From a virus (Duplodnaviria; Caudoviricetes), in IMG/VR virus record IMGVR_UViG_3300037470_000174, positions 1-24,287 of that record: a stretch of 24,287 nucleotides of DNA; one strand, given 5' to 3'. Below are positions 23,555 to 24,287 of the stretch, in pieces. A program made the translations under genes and the position numbers. The stretch's first letter is position 1. Each line of letters starts with the position of its first letter. The notes beneath the pieces are model-generated. The model did no database searches and was not told the DNA's origin. It saw only the letters and a list, made by a program, of their open reading frames with translations.

Positions 23555-24287
23555 ATGCCAAGCGAAGTCTTGCCCTTTGGGCCTGAGGATAAGAACACAA
23601 CTATCTGGTCCCCAGGTTCCCACCCAATTCCATCCAGTTGTGCGAATGTTTACTCCTCACTTTTCGTCGAGGGTTACTTCTATAAGATCTGCCCAACTGG
23701 GTTCTCAAGTAACCAGCTTTACCTTTCCTTCCCTGCTGGATTTGTTAACTCCACAATCTCCCAGGATGACGCAACTAGGGCAGCCCAGGAACTCCTGGCT
23801 CTCAAGGGTGCGGAACTTGCTGAGGCTGAGGGTACTTGCTCCCTCGGTGAGTTCCAGGAAGTCTTCTCTCTTGTTGACTCCACATATAACTGGGACTGGG
23901 TTGCTGACCGGGCGGAGATATTCCCGAGAGAGATTAAGAACACTCTGCCTGATGGCTTTGCTTATGGCACTGGTATGGACGGTGGCATTAAGGTAGAGTT
24001 CCCTGTTGGTAACTCCCTGGCCTGGCCACTGATGATTGGCTTCTTCTACTCTGAGACCACACTCTTCTTGGACGAGACTGCTAACATGGTCTCTCCAACT
24101 GAGGCACTGCGGATTGATATCCATGATGACTATGGCCTGATTCATCTGGACTTCCGGACTCTGCATCATAGTCTATACCCTGATCTGGTAGTCTATGCAG
24201 GCAAGAACTCTAATGAGTCTGCAGATATCCCTGAGGCTGATGAGTATGTATTCCAGAATACCTGCCTCTATCTAGGCAAGCTGGTTG
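23555..24287 (+). CDS. virion protein with N-terminal DUF5977-like domain, 3' end outside window
   Basis: Manual translation from ATG 23555 (GAGGA RBS), open to the edge: ...YSSLFVEGYFYKICPTG...FPAGFVNSTISQDDATRAAQELLALKGAELAEAEGTC... Confidence 0.8.
   Translation, partial: MPSEVLPFGPEDKNTTIWSPGSHPIPSSCANVYSSLFVEGYFYKICPTGFSSNQLYLSFPAGFVNSTISQDDATRAAQELLALKGAELAEAEGTCSLGEFQEVFSLVDSTYNWDWVADRAEIFPREIKNTLPDGFAYGTGMDGGIKVEFPVGNSLAWPLMIGFFYSETTLFLDETANMVSPTEALRIDIHDDYGLIHLDFRTLHHSLYPDLVVYAGKNSNESADIPEADEYVFQNTCLYLGKLV

Larger units (their letters stand above)
1..24287. mobile_element. Tailed dsDNA bacteriophage genome fragment (podovirus-like; divergent early and late arms)
   Basis: terS-terL-portal-scaffold-MCP-adaptor-fibre order on +; dense small ORFs, helicase, dUTPase and nuclease on -; no host housekeeping genes. 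Confidence 0.97.

Noticed and set aside
23577-23996. 139-aa plus-strand ORF in the track
   Set aside because: Out of frame with the real gene starting at 23555, which has an RBS and a recognisable domain

Overview
This window is an internal part of a tailed dsDNA phage genome with podovirus-like organisation. No integrase, tRNA, CRISPR array or DNA polymerase is visible. The left arm (1-11.5 kb) is transcribed leftward and holds the early/replication genes: a partial PD-(D/E)XK nuclease, a dimeric dUTPase, a RecD/Dda-like SF1B helicase, two paralogous ~200-aa proteins, many small ORFans, four tiny membrane peptides missed by the ORF track, and a ~500-bp origin-like noncoding region at 9.3-9.8 kb. 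The right arm (11.86 kb to the end) is transcribed rightward and holds the morphogenesis genes: terS, terL, portal, scaffold, head fibre, major capsid protein, adaptor, two collagen-containing fibres, a holin-like gene and a truncated DUF5977-like protein. The most unusual signals are: (i) two related G-quadruplex-competent elements sitting on promoters; (ii) TATAAT promoters with CCCCAC in place of a -35 box; (iii) a structured 3' RNA whose loop is antisense to the helicase start; (iv) short N- and C-terminal peptide motifs shared between otherwise unrelated early proteins. All family assignments come from motif recognition by eye; no database searches were run.
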